The notes under the pieces are model-generated. The model ran no database searches. It was given only the letters and a program-made list of their open reading frames with translations, and was not told the DNA's origin. Of a stretch of DNA of 64,000 bases, positions 45,437 to 56,487 are shown piece by piece. A program made the translations under genes and the position numbers. The DNA is from Candidatus Berkelbacteria bacterium (GTDB taxonomy: Bacteria > Patescibacteriota > UBA1384 > XYA2-FULL-43-10 > 1-14-0-10-43-13), in the NCBI GenBank assembly GCA_037143235.1, contig JBAWZC010000002.1, positions 47,186 through 111,185 on the forward strand, read 5' to 3'. Every line of letters starts with the position of its first letter. Position 1 is the first letter of the stretch.

Positions 45437-48274
45437 ATGAAACCAAATATTTGGACTAGAGTTATTGCGTTTTTCAAACATCATCCGAAAGTCACTCCCA
45501 AAGACATCAAAACTAAGGCCGGTCGAAAGAAGATCTGGAGAGTAATTTTGATTTGGTCTGTCTACGCCCTGCTGGCTCTGATCATTTTCATAGGTCTGGC
45601 CTTTGTTTGGTTTGCCAAAGATTTGCCCACCCCAAACAATATTGCCAACCGCAAACCGACAATGTCAACCAAGATTTATGATCGCACCGGCACAATCTTA
45701 CTCTACGAGGCCGGCGACCAGAAACGCACTATCATCACCTCTGCCGATATTCCCCAAACAGTCAAAGACGCAACTGTCGCTGCCGAAGACACTCGTTTTT
45801 ATCAACACAACGGTTTCGATACCAGAGGCATTTTCATGGCTCTCTATGAAAAGATTACCGGCAAAACCAGAGTTACGAGAGGCGGATCAACAATCACCCA
45901 ACAATATGTCAAAAATTCGTTTCTGACCGCGGATCGTTCGCTCATTCGCAAATTCAAAGAGCTGATTTTGTCAATCGAACTTGAGGCAATGTATAGCAAG
46001 GACCAAATCCTGACCATGTACCTGAACGAGATTCCTTACGGCAACAACACCGGCGGTATCGAAGCTGCTTCACAGATGTATTATGGCAAACCCGCCAAGG
46101 AACTCGACCTAGCCCAATCTGCTACTTTGGTTGCTATCCCTCAATCCCCAACCAGACTCTCGCCCTACGGCACTCACCTCGATCAATTGGTTGAACGGCG
46201 CAATTATGTCCTAAACCAGATGGTAAAGATTGGTAAAATAACCGTCGAACAAGCAGACGAAGCCAAAAAAGAAGATACAACCACTCTCGGTACAGTTGTG
46301 AAACCGAAACGCGAATCGATGAAGGCACCACATTTTGCAATGTATGTTTTGAATGATTTGGCCGAAAAGTACGGTGACGACAAGATTCAAAAAGAGGGTT
46401 TGAGGGTAGTCACCACGCTCGACATGGACAAACAAAAAGTTGCTGAAGACACAATTGCCAACAACATCAAACAGCTCACTAGTCACGGCGCCAACAATGC
46501 TGCACTAGTTTCCGTCGATCCCAAAACTGGCCAAGTTCTGGCTATGATTGGTTCCAAAAATTACTTCGATACTACCATCGACGGCAATGTAAATGTCGCT
46601 GACTCTCGACGACAACCAGGGTCATCGTGGAAACCAATTGTTTACTCGACCTTGTTTAAAGGTAAATATTCCCCATCAAGCACAATCTTTGACCTCACCA
46701 CTGATTTTGGTGGCGGCTATATTCCCCATGACGCCGACGAGAAAAACCGCGGACCACTTACCGCCAGACAGTCTCTCGCCAACTCTCTAAACATTCCTGC
46801 CATCAAATCAGTCATGGTGGCTGGCATTGACAACACGATCAAGACAGCAGTCGAGCTCGGAATTACTGGCATCGATAGTGCCGCCCAACGCAAAACTTAT
46901 GGTGCATCTTTTGGCATCGGCGTTGCTGAGGTTAAGCCCATCGACATGGCCAACGCTTTTTCGGCTTTTGCTAATGGTGGATACAAGAGCGACATCACCT
47001 CAGTACTTCAAGTTTACGACGCTAATAACAAATTGATCTACGATAACGAAAAAGAAAAAGCTGAACCAAAAAAAGTTCTTGAGCCAGAAATTGCCTACGA
47101 AATTGCCAGCATGATGAGCGATAACGATGCCAGAGCTTTAGTTTTTGGTAGTCGCAGTGCACTTTATTTCCCAGACCGAACAGTCGCCGCCAAAACTGGC
47201 ACCACCAGCGACAACAAAGATGCTTGGACTGTCGGATACACTCCGTCTCTCTCGACTGCAATTTGGGTTGGCAACACCAGAGGAGAACCGATGAAGGTTG
47301 GTACCTTCGGCTCGGATATTGCCGGACCAATCTTTCATCAATTTATGGTTGGGGCTCTAAAAAGTGTTCCAAACGAAGATTTTGTCAAACCTTCCACTAT
47401 CCAAACACTCACTGTCGCCAGATATTCCAATAAGCTGCCAAGTGATACCACGACCGAAACTATTACTGACATTTTTGCCCCTTGGCAGATACCAACCGAA
47501 AAAGACGACTCATTTTCTCGTCTCAATGTCTGTTCCAACGACGGGAAGCTTGCTCCGGCTGGCGCTACTTCTAGCCTGATTGTCGAAAAGATTTTTGCCA
47601 ATATTCACTCCGAGATGCCGAATAACTCAAATTGGGAAAATCCGGTCAGAGGTTGGCTAATCAACGCTGGTTTTGCTCTCGACCCACCAACTGAGACCTG
47701 CGATCTTTCTGCTGTTGCCCCAAGTATTTCCATTACTTCACCGAAAGATCAGTCGACCGTGACAGGCTCGGCAGACATTACTGTGTCGGTAAATACAGCT
47801 ATCTCTGTCAATCAAGTAGAAATTAAGATCGACAATATCTCAGTAGCTACTCTTACTACCGCACCATATAGCGCGACCTACAATTTTGATTCTCTCTCGG
47901 GAGGCAATCACACCATTACTGCTATTATCACCGATGGCTTAAACAAAACCGCTTCAACTTCCATCGCCGTCTCGACGCCAGAAAAAGTCATTCCTATCGT
48001 GATCACAGGAGTCGAGGCAACAAATATTACTGCCACAAGTGCAACTATCAATTGGACGACAAACTCACCAGGAAACTCCCACATCACCTACTGGAAGGTC
48101 ACAGCGCCATCGCAAAAACTTACCGCTGACAGTGAAACACTCACCAAAACACATACCCTGTCGATAGCTAGTCTGTCTGCCGCTGCGACTTATATCTACA
48201 CTGTTGGTTCTACTAACTCACAGGGCACAATCACAAGTCCTGAGAAAAGCTTTACGACACCAGCAACTCTTTGA
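45437..48274 (+). CDS. penicillin-binding protein 1A (bifunctional glycosyltransferase/transpeptidase) with C-terminal Ig/FN3-like extension
   Basis: 945 aa. GT51 motifs (EDTRFYQHNGFD), TPase motifs SSWKP / SLN / KTGTT, and about 250 extra C-terminal residues of beta-rich repeats. Confidence 0.85.
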   Translation: MKPNIWTRVIAFFKHHPKVTPKDIKTKAGRKKIWRVILIWSVYALLALIIFIGLAFVWFAKDLPTPNNIANRKPTMSTKIYDRTGTILLYEAGDQKRTIITSADIPQTVKDATVAAEDTRFYQHNGFDTRGIFMALYEKITGKTRVTRGGSTITQQYVKNSFLTADRSLIRKFKELILSIELEAMYSKDQILTMYLNEIPYGNNTGGIEAASQMYYGKPAKELDLAQSATLVAIPQSPTRLSPYGTHLDQLVERRNYVLNQMVKIGKITVEQADEAKKEDTTTLGTVVKPKRESMKAPHFAMYVLNDLAEKYGDDKIQKEGLRVVTTLDMDKQKVAEDTIANNIKQLTSHGANNAALVSVDPKTGQVLAMIGSKNYFDTTIDGNVNVADSRRQPGSSWKPIVYSTLFKGKYSPSSTIFDLTTDFGGGYIPHDADEKNRGPLTARQSLANSLNIPAIKSVMVAGIDNTIKTAVELGITGIDSAAQRKTYGASFGIGVAEVKPIDMANAFSAFANGGYKSDITSVLQVYDANNKLIYDNEKEKAEPKKVLEPEIAYEIASMMSDNDARALVFGSRSALYFPDRTVAAKTGTTSDNKDAWTVGYTPSLSTAIWVGNTRGEPMKVGTFGSDIAGPIFHQFMVGALKSVPNEDFVKPSTIQTLTVARYSNKLPSDTTTETITDIFAPWQIPTEKDDSFSRLNVCSNDGKLAPAGATSSLIVEKIFANIHSEMPNNSNWENPVRGWLINAGFALDPPTETCDLSAVAPSISITSPKDQSTVTGSADITVSVNTAISVNQVEIKIDNISVATLTTAPYSATYNFDSLSGGNHTITAIITDGLNKTASTSIAVSTPEKVIPIVITGVEATNITATSATINWTTNSPGNSHITYWKVTAPSQKLTADSETLTKTHTLSIASLSAAATYIYTVGSTNSQGTITSPEKSFTTPATL

Positions 48275-49547
48275 TCTCAGATACATTTTTGATTACTTTC
48301 GGTAGCGTATAACCGAGATTTTTTGCTTCTTTTTCCCGCTCCTTTTGTCGTACCACTCTGCGGACCTCACCAGAAAGGCCGACCTCGCCAAAAATACAAA
48401 TATTTTCCTTTGCAGGTATATTTTTCTGTGAAGAAATAATTGCGACGCAAACTGCCAAGTCCACAGCCGGTTCAATCACCTTTATTCCACCAACAATATT
48501 TAAATAGATATCACAATTCGACAAATTTATGTTAGTCTTTTTTGTGATGACAGCTGCCAGCAAGTTTAATCTATTTAGGTCAAAGCCAGAACTTGTCCGC
48601 TTGGGATAACCAAAATTTGTCGGAGTTACCAGGGCCTGGACTTCAATCAAAATCGGCCGAGTCCCCTCAATCATCGCCGTCACCACGCTACCCGCCAAAT
48701 TAGTTTTTTCAGATAAGAATAACTCAGATGGATTTTTGATCTCTGTCATCCCTCTTTCATCGAGAGAAAAAATCCCAACTTCGTTCGTGGCACCGAATCT
48801 ATTTTTCACCCCACGAAGAATCCTCGCGTCGTTAAATCGATCGCCCTCCAGATACAGAACCACATCAACAATGTGTTCAAGTAACCGCGGTCCAGCAATA
48901 TCTCCCTCCTTCGTCACATGACCGATTATCAGAACAGGAATATTTAATTGCTTTGCCAATCGTTGTAAGAAAATTCCACACTCTTTGACCTGAGAAACAC
49001 TTCCTGTGCTTGATTCAACATTATCAAGGTAAACAGTCTGGATAGAATCAATAATCAAAAGCGCAGGCCGAGAAGTCTCACACTCTACTTTGATTTGCAG
49101 TAAATCGCCACTGGCAACCAGGCGGCAGCCACTTTCCTTTACGCCGATTCGATCCGCTCTCGACTTGATCTGATGCAAAGATTCCTCACCAGAAACATAC
49201 AGGACATTGCAGATATTTTGGCACAGCTGAAGCAATAAAGTCGATTTACCAATGCCAGGTTCGCCACCTAACAGAATTACTGATCCAGGAACGATACCAC
49301 CACCTAGTACACGATTCATCTCTTCGACACCAGTCGATATTCGTCTATGATTGTCAGTCTCGATCTCACTTAATCGCAAAACCTCAATCGCATTTTGAGT
49401 AGTAGAATTTTTATGTTTACCTCCAACAACTTTCACTTCTTTGATCGTATTCCACTCACCACAATAAGAGCACTTGCCACTCCAAGCACCGAACTCATTA
49501 CCACAACTATTACACATCCAGATGATTGAATTTTTATTGGCCTTCAT
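48252..49547 (-). CDS. radA: DNA repair protein RadA/Sms
   Basis: 431 aa with an N-terminal C4 zinc finger (CNSCGNE...CSYCGEW), Walker A GEPGIGKST, KNRFG and a Lon-like C-terminus. Confidence 0.85.
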   Translation of the reverse strand: MKANKNSIIWMCNSCGNEFGAWSGKCSYCGEWNTIKEVKVVGGKHKNSTTQNAIEVLRLSEIETDNHRRISTGVEEMNRVLGGGIVPGSVILLGGEPGIGKSTLLLQLCQNICNVLYVSGEESLHQIKSRADRIGVKESGCRLVASGDLLQIKVECETSRPALLIIDSIQTVYLDNVESSTGSVSQVKECGIFLQRLAKQLNIPVLIIGHVTKEGDIAGPRLLEHIVDVVLYLEGDRFNDARILRGVKNRFGATNEVGIFSLDERGMTEIKNPSELFLSEKTNLAGSVVTAMIEGTRPILIEVQALVTPTNFGYPKRTSSGFDLNRLNLLAAVITKKTNINLSNCDIYLNIVGGIKVIEPAVDLAVCVAIISSQKNIPAKENICIFGEVGLSGEVRRVVRQKEREKEAKNLGYTLPKVIKNVSEIKELLVS

Positions 49548-49561
49548 ATTCCATCCTAAAA

Positions 49562-51229
49562 TTAATTTTCGCGAGATACAGATGACTTTTTCAAATCGAG
49601 TATTTTAAGGGACACCTGCTCATTATCATTCCAGTTATCTATCTCTACATTGAAAGCCAAATCGTATTTTTGACCGTTTTCAATCTTGACCATATTCTCA
49701 CCCTTGTCGAAATATATCGATTTAAATGATTGGCCGAGAGAGAGGGAACAAAATGACGCATGCTTTGCATCTTTGCCGACCATCCGAAGATATTTTATCT
49801 CCGCATCACGAAGAACAAACACCGGACGAGGATTGGACAGACCATAGGGCTCGAGTTGATCAAGGACTTTTATGCTTTGCAAATTCATTTCGCTGGCTAA
49901 TACTTCGCAATCAATTTTCAGTTTTCGAGCAAAAATTTCCGCAGGTATTTTAGCAGACTTCGTTACCATCGCAGCGATAAATTTATCCAGATTATTCTCC
50001 GATACAGACAGACCCGCAGCCCCAGCATGCCCGCCAAATTTGATCAGATGCTGTGAAACCGCTTCCAGTAAATCAACGATATTTATACCAGAGATACTTC
50101 TGGCGCTGCCGGTGTAGGACTCTTGCTCCTTCGATAGCAATACTACAGGCTTATAATATCTTTCAACCAATCGGCTTGCCGTCGGACCCATCACTCCCTT
50201 GGGCCAGTCGCCATGGGCAATAATAATATTGTTCGAGTCCAACTTATTTTTTTCGATAATCAATACAGCCTCCTGTTCAACTGTCGCCATCTGGTCCTGT
50301 CGTTCAATATTTTTCTCTTCCAGACAGGAAGCTAGATCATCGACTTCGGATTGATCATCGCTGACTAATATTTCAAATGATTTTGTGGCATGATCAATCC
50401 TACCAGGGGCATTGATCCTTGGCGCAATCTGAAAACCGACACCATAAGACCCGATAGGCATTTTCAAAGCAGCATTTTGAATTAATTTTTTGATGCCAAT
50501 GTTTCTAGTTTTATTCAACACTGTGAGGCCATACTTTACAAAAACTCGGTTTTCTCCGACAACAGAAACTACATCCGCAATAGTTGAAATTGCTACCAGA
50601 TCCAAATTCCATTTCAGAAATGTTTCATTGAGTATGCTCGGATAATGAACCGCTAAAGCCTGTATGATTTTGTATGACACTGCGCAGCCACACAAATCTT
50701 TAAAAGGGTACTCATCCCCAGGTTTTTTGGGGTTAATCACTGCAAATGCATCAGGTATTTCTGACCCCGGCAGATGATGATCAGAAATAATTAAATCAAT
50801 TTTTTTGTCTGAACAGTAGCGAGCTTCAGCAATACTTCTAATGCCAAGATCGATCGTGATAATTAATTTTGCTCCCTCAGAAACAAGGTAGTTTATCCCC
50901 TCCTCGCTCAGGCCGTAACCAGATTCCCTGCTGGGAATATACACGACGGCTTTGGCCCCTATCGCTGTTAAGGCACGATAAAGTAACGCCGCCCCAGGAA
51001 TTCCATCCGCATCATAATCAGCAAAAATTCCAATTTTATCATTTGATTTCACAGCTTCGGCTATCCGAGCCACCGCCTTGTCCATATCGGAGAGTAAATA
51101 CGGATCAAATAAATCTCGGGCAAAATCCGGTCGCAAAAAAGAATTAAACTTATCAGCAGTGATGCCACGATTGATCAAGATCTGATTTAATAATTTTTCT
51201 TCAGTTCGTTTTTTAACAATCCATTCCAT
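49562..51229 (-). CDS. recJ: single-stranded-DNA-specific exonuclease RecJ
   Basis: 555 aa with DHH (ISDHHLPG), DHHA1 (GGHAGAAG) and an OB-fold C-terminus. Confidence 0.8.
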   Translation of the reverse strand: MEWIVKKRTEEKLLNQILINRGITADKFNSFLRPDFARDLFDPYLLSDMDKAVARIAEAVKSNDKIGIFADYDADGIPGAALLYRALTAIGAKAVVYIPSRESGYGLSEEGINYLVSEGAKLIITIDLGIRSIAEARYCSDKKIDLIISDHHLPGSEIPDAFAVINPKKPGDEYPFKDLCGCAVSYKIIQALAVHYPSILNETFLKWNLDLVAISTIADVVSVVGENRVFVKYGLTVLNKTRNIGIKKLIQNAALKMPIGSYGVGFQIAPRINAPGRIDHATKSFEILVSDDQSEVDDLASCLEEKNIERQDQMATVEQEAVLIIEKNKLDSNNIIIAHGDWPKGVMGPTASRLVERYYKPVVLLSKEQESYTGSARSISGINIVDLLEAVSQHLIKFGGHAGAAGLSVSENNLDKFIAAMVTKSAKIPAEIFARKLKIDCEVLASEMNLQSIKVLDQLEPYGLSNPRPVFVLRDAEIKYLRMVGKDAKHASFCSLSLGQSFKSIYFDKGENMVKIENGQKYDLAFNVEIDNWNDNEQVSLKILDLKKSSVSREN

Positions 51230-51261
51230 AACAATCCTAATCTAAAAAAACAAATCCATAT

Positions 51262-52071
51262 TTATTTGTAATATACCCAACCATCGATGCGCAGGTCGAC
51301 ATACTCTTTAATATCCGGCCTCTTTTGCGCCAAAACTATTTTCAAATTTTCCAACTGAGAGGCACTCGAACGAGTGGTATCGAATTTTACAAAAAAACCA
51401 GCATCGGTAGACACATTCATATCAAAAGTAGTGTCCTGAATCTCATACTTTATCGGATGAATATTGACTGCATTGAAAAACTGATTATTTAAATTAAGGG
51501 TGAACGCGACAAAATTCGGTGATACAATCTGCGTTGCATTTGATACTGGCAAATTGTGTTTATCTGCGACGAGAATGAGATTTGTATATTTATCAGCAGG
51601 AACCTCGTGTATTATCTCCCCCTGATCGCTCAACAAATAATTCTTACCGGTAGTTTGCCAAACCATCACAGGATTTCTCTCCAAAACAATAACCTTATAC
51701 GCATTTGGAATCCCACGGATCACACGAATATCTTTGATCTCAGACATTTTTTTCAAAATATTTTTTTCAATATCGCCAGTATTTGATAAAAATATATTTT
51801 GCCCTGTAGGAATTTCGGCGCGAATCGCATCAGTTTGAATTAAGACATTGCCCTCAACTATAACATCCGCAACTTTGAAATACGAAGATGTCAGAAAAAA
51901 TACAGAGGCAGAAAGAACCACTACCAAAGCAAAAACCAATTTAATTTTAAAAATCAGCCGACTTTTTTCGCCACCATCGACATTCTTACTCTCTCTTTCA
52001 GTCAACAAAATATTTCGACGACGCGGAATATTTTTATTAACAACTTTTTTGTCCCTCCAGAATCTCATCAC
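51262..52071 (-). CDS. ftsQ: cell division protein FtsQ/DivIB-like
   Basis: 269 aa with an N-terminal TM then POTRA-like and beta domains. Sits directly upstream of the mur genes with a 4-nt overlap. Confidence 0.55.
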   Translation of the reverse strand: MMRFWRDKKVVNKNIPRRRNILLTERESKNVDGGEKSRLIFKIKLVFALVVVLSASVFFLTSSYFKVADVIVEGNVLIQTDAIRAEIPTGQNIFLSNTGDIEKNILKKMSEIKDIRVIRGIPNAYKVIVLERNPVMVWQTTGKNYLLSDQGEIIHEVPADKYTNLILVADKHNLPVSNATQIVSPNFVAFTLNLNNQFFNAVNIHPIKYEIQDTTFDMNVSTDAGFFVKFDTTRSSASQLENLKIVLAQKRPDIKEYVDLRIDGWVYYK

Positions 52072-53009
52072 CAGTTCCCAATATATTCAATTTCTTCCTC
52101 AAGCTTCACATTGTATTTCTCTGCAACGGTCTCCTTGATCTTGGCAGCGAGATCCTGAATATCCTTAGCTGATGCATTGTTTTTATTGACCAAAAAATTA
52201 GCATGCTTCGACGATACGGCTGAACCGCCTACCTTCATCTTTTTCCCGCCAACTTTCTCAATCAAGTAGCCGGCAGACATCTCCTTGGTCTGACCTGGGT
52301 TTTTAAAGAAACTTCCAGCTGACGACTCGTCCAGAGGTTGGGTTTTCTTTTTCTTATCCAAACATTCTTTCATCATTGATAAAATTTCATCCTTACGACG
52401 TCGAGCCAACTGCAAGGTTACAGTCAATATTATTGGCTTTGCCGCATATCGCTTTGATTCCTTCTTCAGTGAAGATTCACGGTATGCAAAATGGAACCAA
52501 CTACGATCTACCTTTCTCGTTTCAAGTCTATCTTCGACAACAACCAGAATCGTTGCGGACTTCACAAAATCACCAATTTCATGACCAAATGCACCAGCAT
52601 TTCCATAAATTGCACCGCCCACGGTTCCAGGGATACCAAACATAAACTCAAGTCCACCAAGATCGCGACCGGCGGCTAGGTTGATCAAACGACCAATTGA
52701 AATCCCTGATTCAACTATTACTTCAGAAGAACTCGCGCTGAATATCGCTTCATTTGCATTATTTTTTATTACCATCCCTTGGAAGCCGGCGTCAGCTGGC
52801 AGGATATTGTACCCTCCCCCGAGAACAAAATATGGAACTTTATTCTCAAAACAAAAACGAATCGCCCGAGAGATATCGTCCACGGTTTTGGCCTCAATAT
52901 AATAATCAGCCACGCCGCCAACCTTCAAGGACACTTTATCGTTTAACGGCTCATTGTATTTTATCTTATCGCCAAAATAATCAGACATTTTTAGATCAAG
53001 ATCATTCAT
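52068..53009 (-). CDS. murB: UDP-N-acetylenolpyruvoylglucosamine reductase
   Basis: 313 aa with an FAD-binding region (FVLGGGYNIL) and MurB C-terminal motifs (GSFFKNP). Confidence 0.8.
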   Translation of the reverse strand: MNDLDLKMSDYFGDKIKYNEPLNDKVSLKVGGVADYYIEAKTVDDISRAIRFCFENKVPYFVLGGGYNILPADAGFQGMVIKNNANEAIFSASSSEVIVESGISIGRLINLAAGRDLGGLEFMFGIPGTVGGAIYGNAGAFGHEIGDFVKSATILVVVEDRLETRKVDRSWFHFAYRESSLKKESKRYAAKPIILTVTLQLARRRKDEILSMMKECLDKKKKTQPLDESSAGSFFKNPGQTKEMSAGYLIEKVGGKKMKVGGSAVSSKHANFLVNKNNASAKDIQDLAAKIKETVAEKYNVKLEEEIEYIGNW

Positions 53010-54271
53010 ATATTTTCCTTTGCTAGAATTTCTCCAATTTTATATACCGGTGGTATGCCCAGTGTCAATAAAACAGAATCTTTATCTATGATTTTCTCAA
53101 GATAAGTAACGATTTCTTCGTCGGTTGTCATCACCGATGTTTTTATACCATTTGCCTCAGTTAGCTTCATAATATCCTCAGAACGAACCGGCAGCTCCTC
53201 GTCACGACCAGACACAAAAAATATCGGTTTTAAGATTAATTCATCGATACCCGCAAAACAATCCCCAAATTCTGCCAACAACGGCAAGATTCTCTTGTAT
53301 TGATGAGGCCAAAAAACAACGACTTTTCTTTTTTCCGGGTAACGCTCGACCAAGCCCTCAATCGTCGCCCTGATCTCTGTTGGATGATGGCCATAATCAT
53401 CGATTATATCTGAGCCATTATACTGACCCATTCTTTCAAAGCGACGATGCGCCCCCTTGAACTTCTGCAGACAATCTTCTGTAATCTTCCGCTCAATTTT
53501 CAAGTGGTCGGCCAAAGCAACAACAGCCAAAGCATTTTCGACATTATGATGCCCAGGGATACTCAAGGGAAAATCAAGTTTGCTATAATCACCTTCGTCG
53601 CCGCCATAGTATATCACAGGCGCTTGTGACTGAGTTTTCGCAAGCAGTGCCTTAATATTAGCATCTTTTCGGCAGGCGATGATCAAGCCGTCAGAGGGAA
53701 CACGATCAATATATTGAGAAAATGTCTCCATAATTTCTGGCAAGCCACCAGGGTAACTGTCTAAATGTTCTTCCTCTATGTTCGTCAAAACCAATATATA
53801 AGGACGGTAAAATAAAATATTTTTATCGTATTCACAGGCTTCAAAAACAAACCAAGGTGAATGCCCTACTCGAAGCACATCTCCCCATTCAGTGACGACA
53901 TCACCAACCAAACAAGTTGGATCGAACCCTGCCCCAGTCAGAACCAAAGAAACCATCGAGGTGACGGTTGTCTTACCATGCATACCTGAAACTGCGATCA
54001 TCTTTTTATCCTTGAAAAGGATACCAATAAATTCCGATCGCTTGACGACCTTGATATTTCTTCTGTTGGCTTCTTCGACTTCAATCCAACCAGGCGATCC
54101 GGGTGTTACTGCTGAAGTTCTCACCACCAGATCAATATCGCCAGTAATATTTTCCTTTTTGTGACCACCGGTTTTAATGTCTGACCCAACGACAATATGA
54201 CCCTGTTGTCGCAGATACTCTGCAATTCCTTGCATAGAAATACCATTTATACCAATCAAGAAATACTTCAT
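53006..54271 (-). CDS. murC: UDP-N-acetylmuramate--L-alanine ligase
   Basis: 421 aa with the Mur ligase P-loop VSGMHGKTT. Order murC-murB as in dcw clusters. Confidence 0.75.
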   Translation of the reverse strand: MKYFLIGINGISMQGIAEYLRQQGHIVVGSDIKTGGHKKENITGDIDLVVRTSAVTPGSPGWIEVEEANRRNIKVVKRSEFIGILFKDKKMIAVSGMHGKTTVTSMVSLVLTGAGFDPTCLVGDVVTEWGDVLRVGHSPWFVFEACEYDKNILFYRPYILVLTNIEEEHLDSYPGGLPEIMETFSQYIDRVPSDGLIIACRKDANIKALLAKTQSQAPVIYYGGDEGDYSKLDFPLSIPGHHNVENALAVVALADHLKIERKITEDCLQKFKGAHRRFERMGQYNGSDIIDDYGHHPTEIRATIEGLVERYPEKRKVVVFWPHQYKRILPLLAEFGDCFAGIDELILKPIFFVSGRDEELPVRSEDIMKLTEANGIKTSVMTTDEEIVTYLEKIIDKDSVLLTLGIPPVYKIGEILAKENI

Positions 54272-54273
54272 TT

Positions 54274-55359
54274 TTACTCCTTATGATTTATTAAATCATT
54301 AGCAATATTTTCTATTGCGTCGGATTTAAAAAACTTATTGGCAGCGTCAGTCATCTTTCTCGCACGATCATTTTCGGACAATATCAAACCAATTGTGCCA
54401 GCCAACTCTTCTAATATTTTATCTTCAGTAATGACAATTGCCCCGCCACTACTTGAAATAGCCATAGCATTTTTATACTGATGATCACCTGAGGCATAGA
54501 TATATGGCACCAGTATCATTGGCTTCCCAGACACAGCTGTCTCAGCCATCGTTGTCGCACCCGCTCGGCAAACGACCACATCAGCCGATGAAAGGATATC
54601 GGTGATGTTCGGCTTTTCGTCATAATGAAGAAAATCAGCTATTTTATAATGCTCTTGAAATTCAATCGATAATTGTTCAAAAATATTTCTCGCTTCAATC
54701 AAATTTTCTCTGCCAACCTGATGAAACAAATTATATTTCGGCAATATTTCGCCAAGCAACTGATAAATTAACTTATTTAGAGACTGAGCGCCCTGACTGC
54801 CGCCTAGGACAACAACTGTTGGCAGATCATTTTTGAAAATTTTTACATCATTCTTCGGCGGTAGTTTTATCATCTGCCCGACATAATGAGCATTGGAAAG
54901 ATCATAAAAACTTTCAGGAAAACCCGTGTAAACTTTTATTGCTTTATCAGCTGCATAAAGATTTGATTTGCCCATCACAATATCTGATTCATGAATAAAA
55001 TAAGGCCGTCGAAATAGCTTTGCCCAAAAGATAATCGGCACAGACGCGTAGCCGCCCTTCGAGAAGATTACATCGGGACGATACGAGAGCAAAATACCAA
55101 GTGATTGCAAAAGACCCCAAAACAATTTAATCAGCTCAACGATATTTTTATATTTTTTGTAACGATGAAATTTCCCGGTCACTATTGAGCTATAACCTGC
55201 AACTTTTGAAAAATATGCTCTTTCAATCTCAGTACCAGAACCTATAATCTTTATTCTTAACCTTGGATCAATCGATTTTATCTTCTGTGCTAGTAAAAAT
55301 ATCGGAACGAAATGACCGCCCGAACCACCACCAACCAATAATAACTTTTTATTTTTCAT
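54274..55359 (-). CDS. murG: undecaprenyldiphospho-muramoylpentapeptide beta-N-acetylglucosaminyltransferase
   Basis: GGGSGGHFVPI N-terminal motif. Start taken at MKNKKLLLVGGG (55359). The ORF in the track extends 19 codons upstream into ftsW. Confidence 0.8.
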   Translation of the reverse strand: MKNKKLLLVGGGSGGHFVPIFLLAQKIKSIDPRLRIKIIGSGTEIERAYFSKVAGYSSIVTGKFHRYKKYKNIVELIKLFWGLLQSLGILLSYRPDVIFSKGGYASVPIIFWAKLFRRPYFIHESDIVMGKSNLYAADKAIKVYTGFPESFYDLSNAHYVGQMIKLPPKNDVKIFKNDLPTVVVLGGSQGAQSLNKLIYQLLGEILPKYNLFHQVGRENLIEARNIFEQLSIEFQEHYKIADFLHYDEKPNITDILSSADVVVCRAGATTMAETAVSGKPMILVPYIYASGDHQYKNAMAISSSGGAIVITEDKILEELAGTIGLILSENDRARKMTDAANKFFKSDAIENIANDLINHKE

Positions 55360-56455
55360 ACGAACTCGCTGATTTGGATATATTTGTAAGTATACCAACT
55401 GCCGCCAAAAGCACAATCATTGAAGTTCCGCCATAGCTGATAAACGGCAACGGGATACCAGTAAGTGGGACAAGAGACATCATGGCGCCAATATTGATAA
55501 TCATCTGAAAAAATATCCAACTAGTGATACCAATCGCTAAATACTTGCCAAAATTATCGGATATTCTCTCGGCAATCTTAAAGCCGCGGAAAGCGATAAA
55601 GACAAAAACAGCAATCACTACCATCGATCGAACCATGCCAAGCTCTTCGGCAATAATCGCAAAGATGGAATCAGTATGTGCCTCCGGCAAATATAAAAAC
55701 TTCTGTTTGCTTTGGCCAAAACCCAGCCCCCACAGCCCACCGGAACCAATCGCGATCAAAGCATTTTTAATATGATAGCCAGATCCAAGAGCGTTATCTT
55801 CGGGATTCAAAAAGGTCAAAAATCGCTGCATCCGATATGGTTCTATCTTGATAGCTAGCCATACTACGAAAGCACCCAGCCCCATTCCGCCGACAATGTT
55901 AGTTACTGGCGCACCAGAAGCAAAATACACCGCCGCTGTAATTACCACAAAGATTAACAGAGTACCTAAATCCTTTTGTAACATCATGATTGCCGCTACG
56001 GTTCCCAGAATCGCCACCACGGACCAAAACAATTTACCCGCAGGAACTGCCTGCTTGGTTTTGTTGGCCAGCCAACCGCAAAGATATAATAAGTATGTCA
56101 ATTTCGCAACCTCAGCGGGTTGAAATGAGGTAAAACCAAGATTGATCCATCTACCGGTCGATGCTATACCAAAGGGTTGTAAAATTATTGGCAACAACAA
56201 CAAACCAATCGTTACATAAAATAGCTTATCGAGATGTTTAACCCAAACGCGGTAATCTATTCCCTGAGCGACAACCCAGACGACAAGTCCAATCAAAACT
56301 GAAGTGAGCTGCTTTTTCAAAAAATATTTATCAGTCTGCTCGTGCGTTAATTGGAGAGAATAATATTTCGATACAGAATAAATCATAATCAAACCAAAAG
56401 CCACCAGTGCGAACACAGCAATAGACAACCAAACATCAGACTTTCTTTTTAACAT
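55349..56455 (-). CDS. ftsW: SEDS-family peptidoglycan glycosyltransferase FtsW
   Basis: 368 aa, 10 TM, with SEDS motifs (PEAHTDSIFA, GGTS). Confidence 0.8.
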   Translation of the reverse strand: MLKRKSDVWLSIAVFALVAFGLIMIYSVSKYYSLQLTHEQTDKYFLKKQLTSVLIGLVVWVVAQGIDYRVWVKHLDKLFYVTIGLLLLPIILQPFGIASTGRWINLGFTSFQPAEVAKLTYLLYLCGWLANKTKQAVPAGKLFWSVVAILGTVAAIMMLQKDLGTLLIFVVITAAVYFASGAPVTNIVGGMGLGAFVVWLAIKIEPYRMQRFLTFLNPEDNALGSGYHIKNALIAIGSGGLWGLGFGQSKQKFLYLPEAHTDSIFAIIAEELGMVRSMVVIAVFVFIAFRGFKIAERISDNFGKYLAIGITSWIFFQMIINIGAMMSLVPLTGIPLPFISYGGTSMIVLLAAVGILTNISKSASSYEK

Positions 56456-56487
56456 AATTCCTACCTGATTATGAAAATTGGGGTAAA

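Noticed and set aside
54274-55416. 19-codon N-terminal extension of murG overlapping ftsW
   Set aside because: Conserved MurG proteins start near MKNKKLLLVGGGSGGH. The extension lies inside the ftsW coding region.
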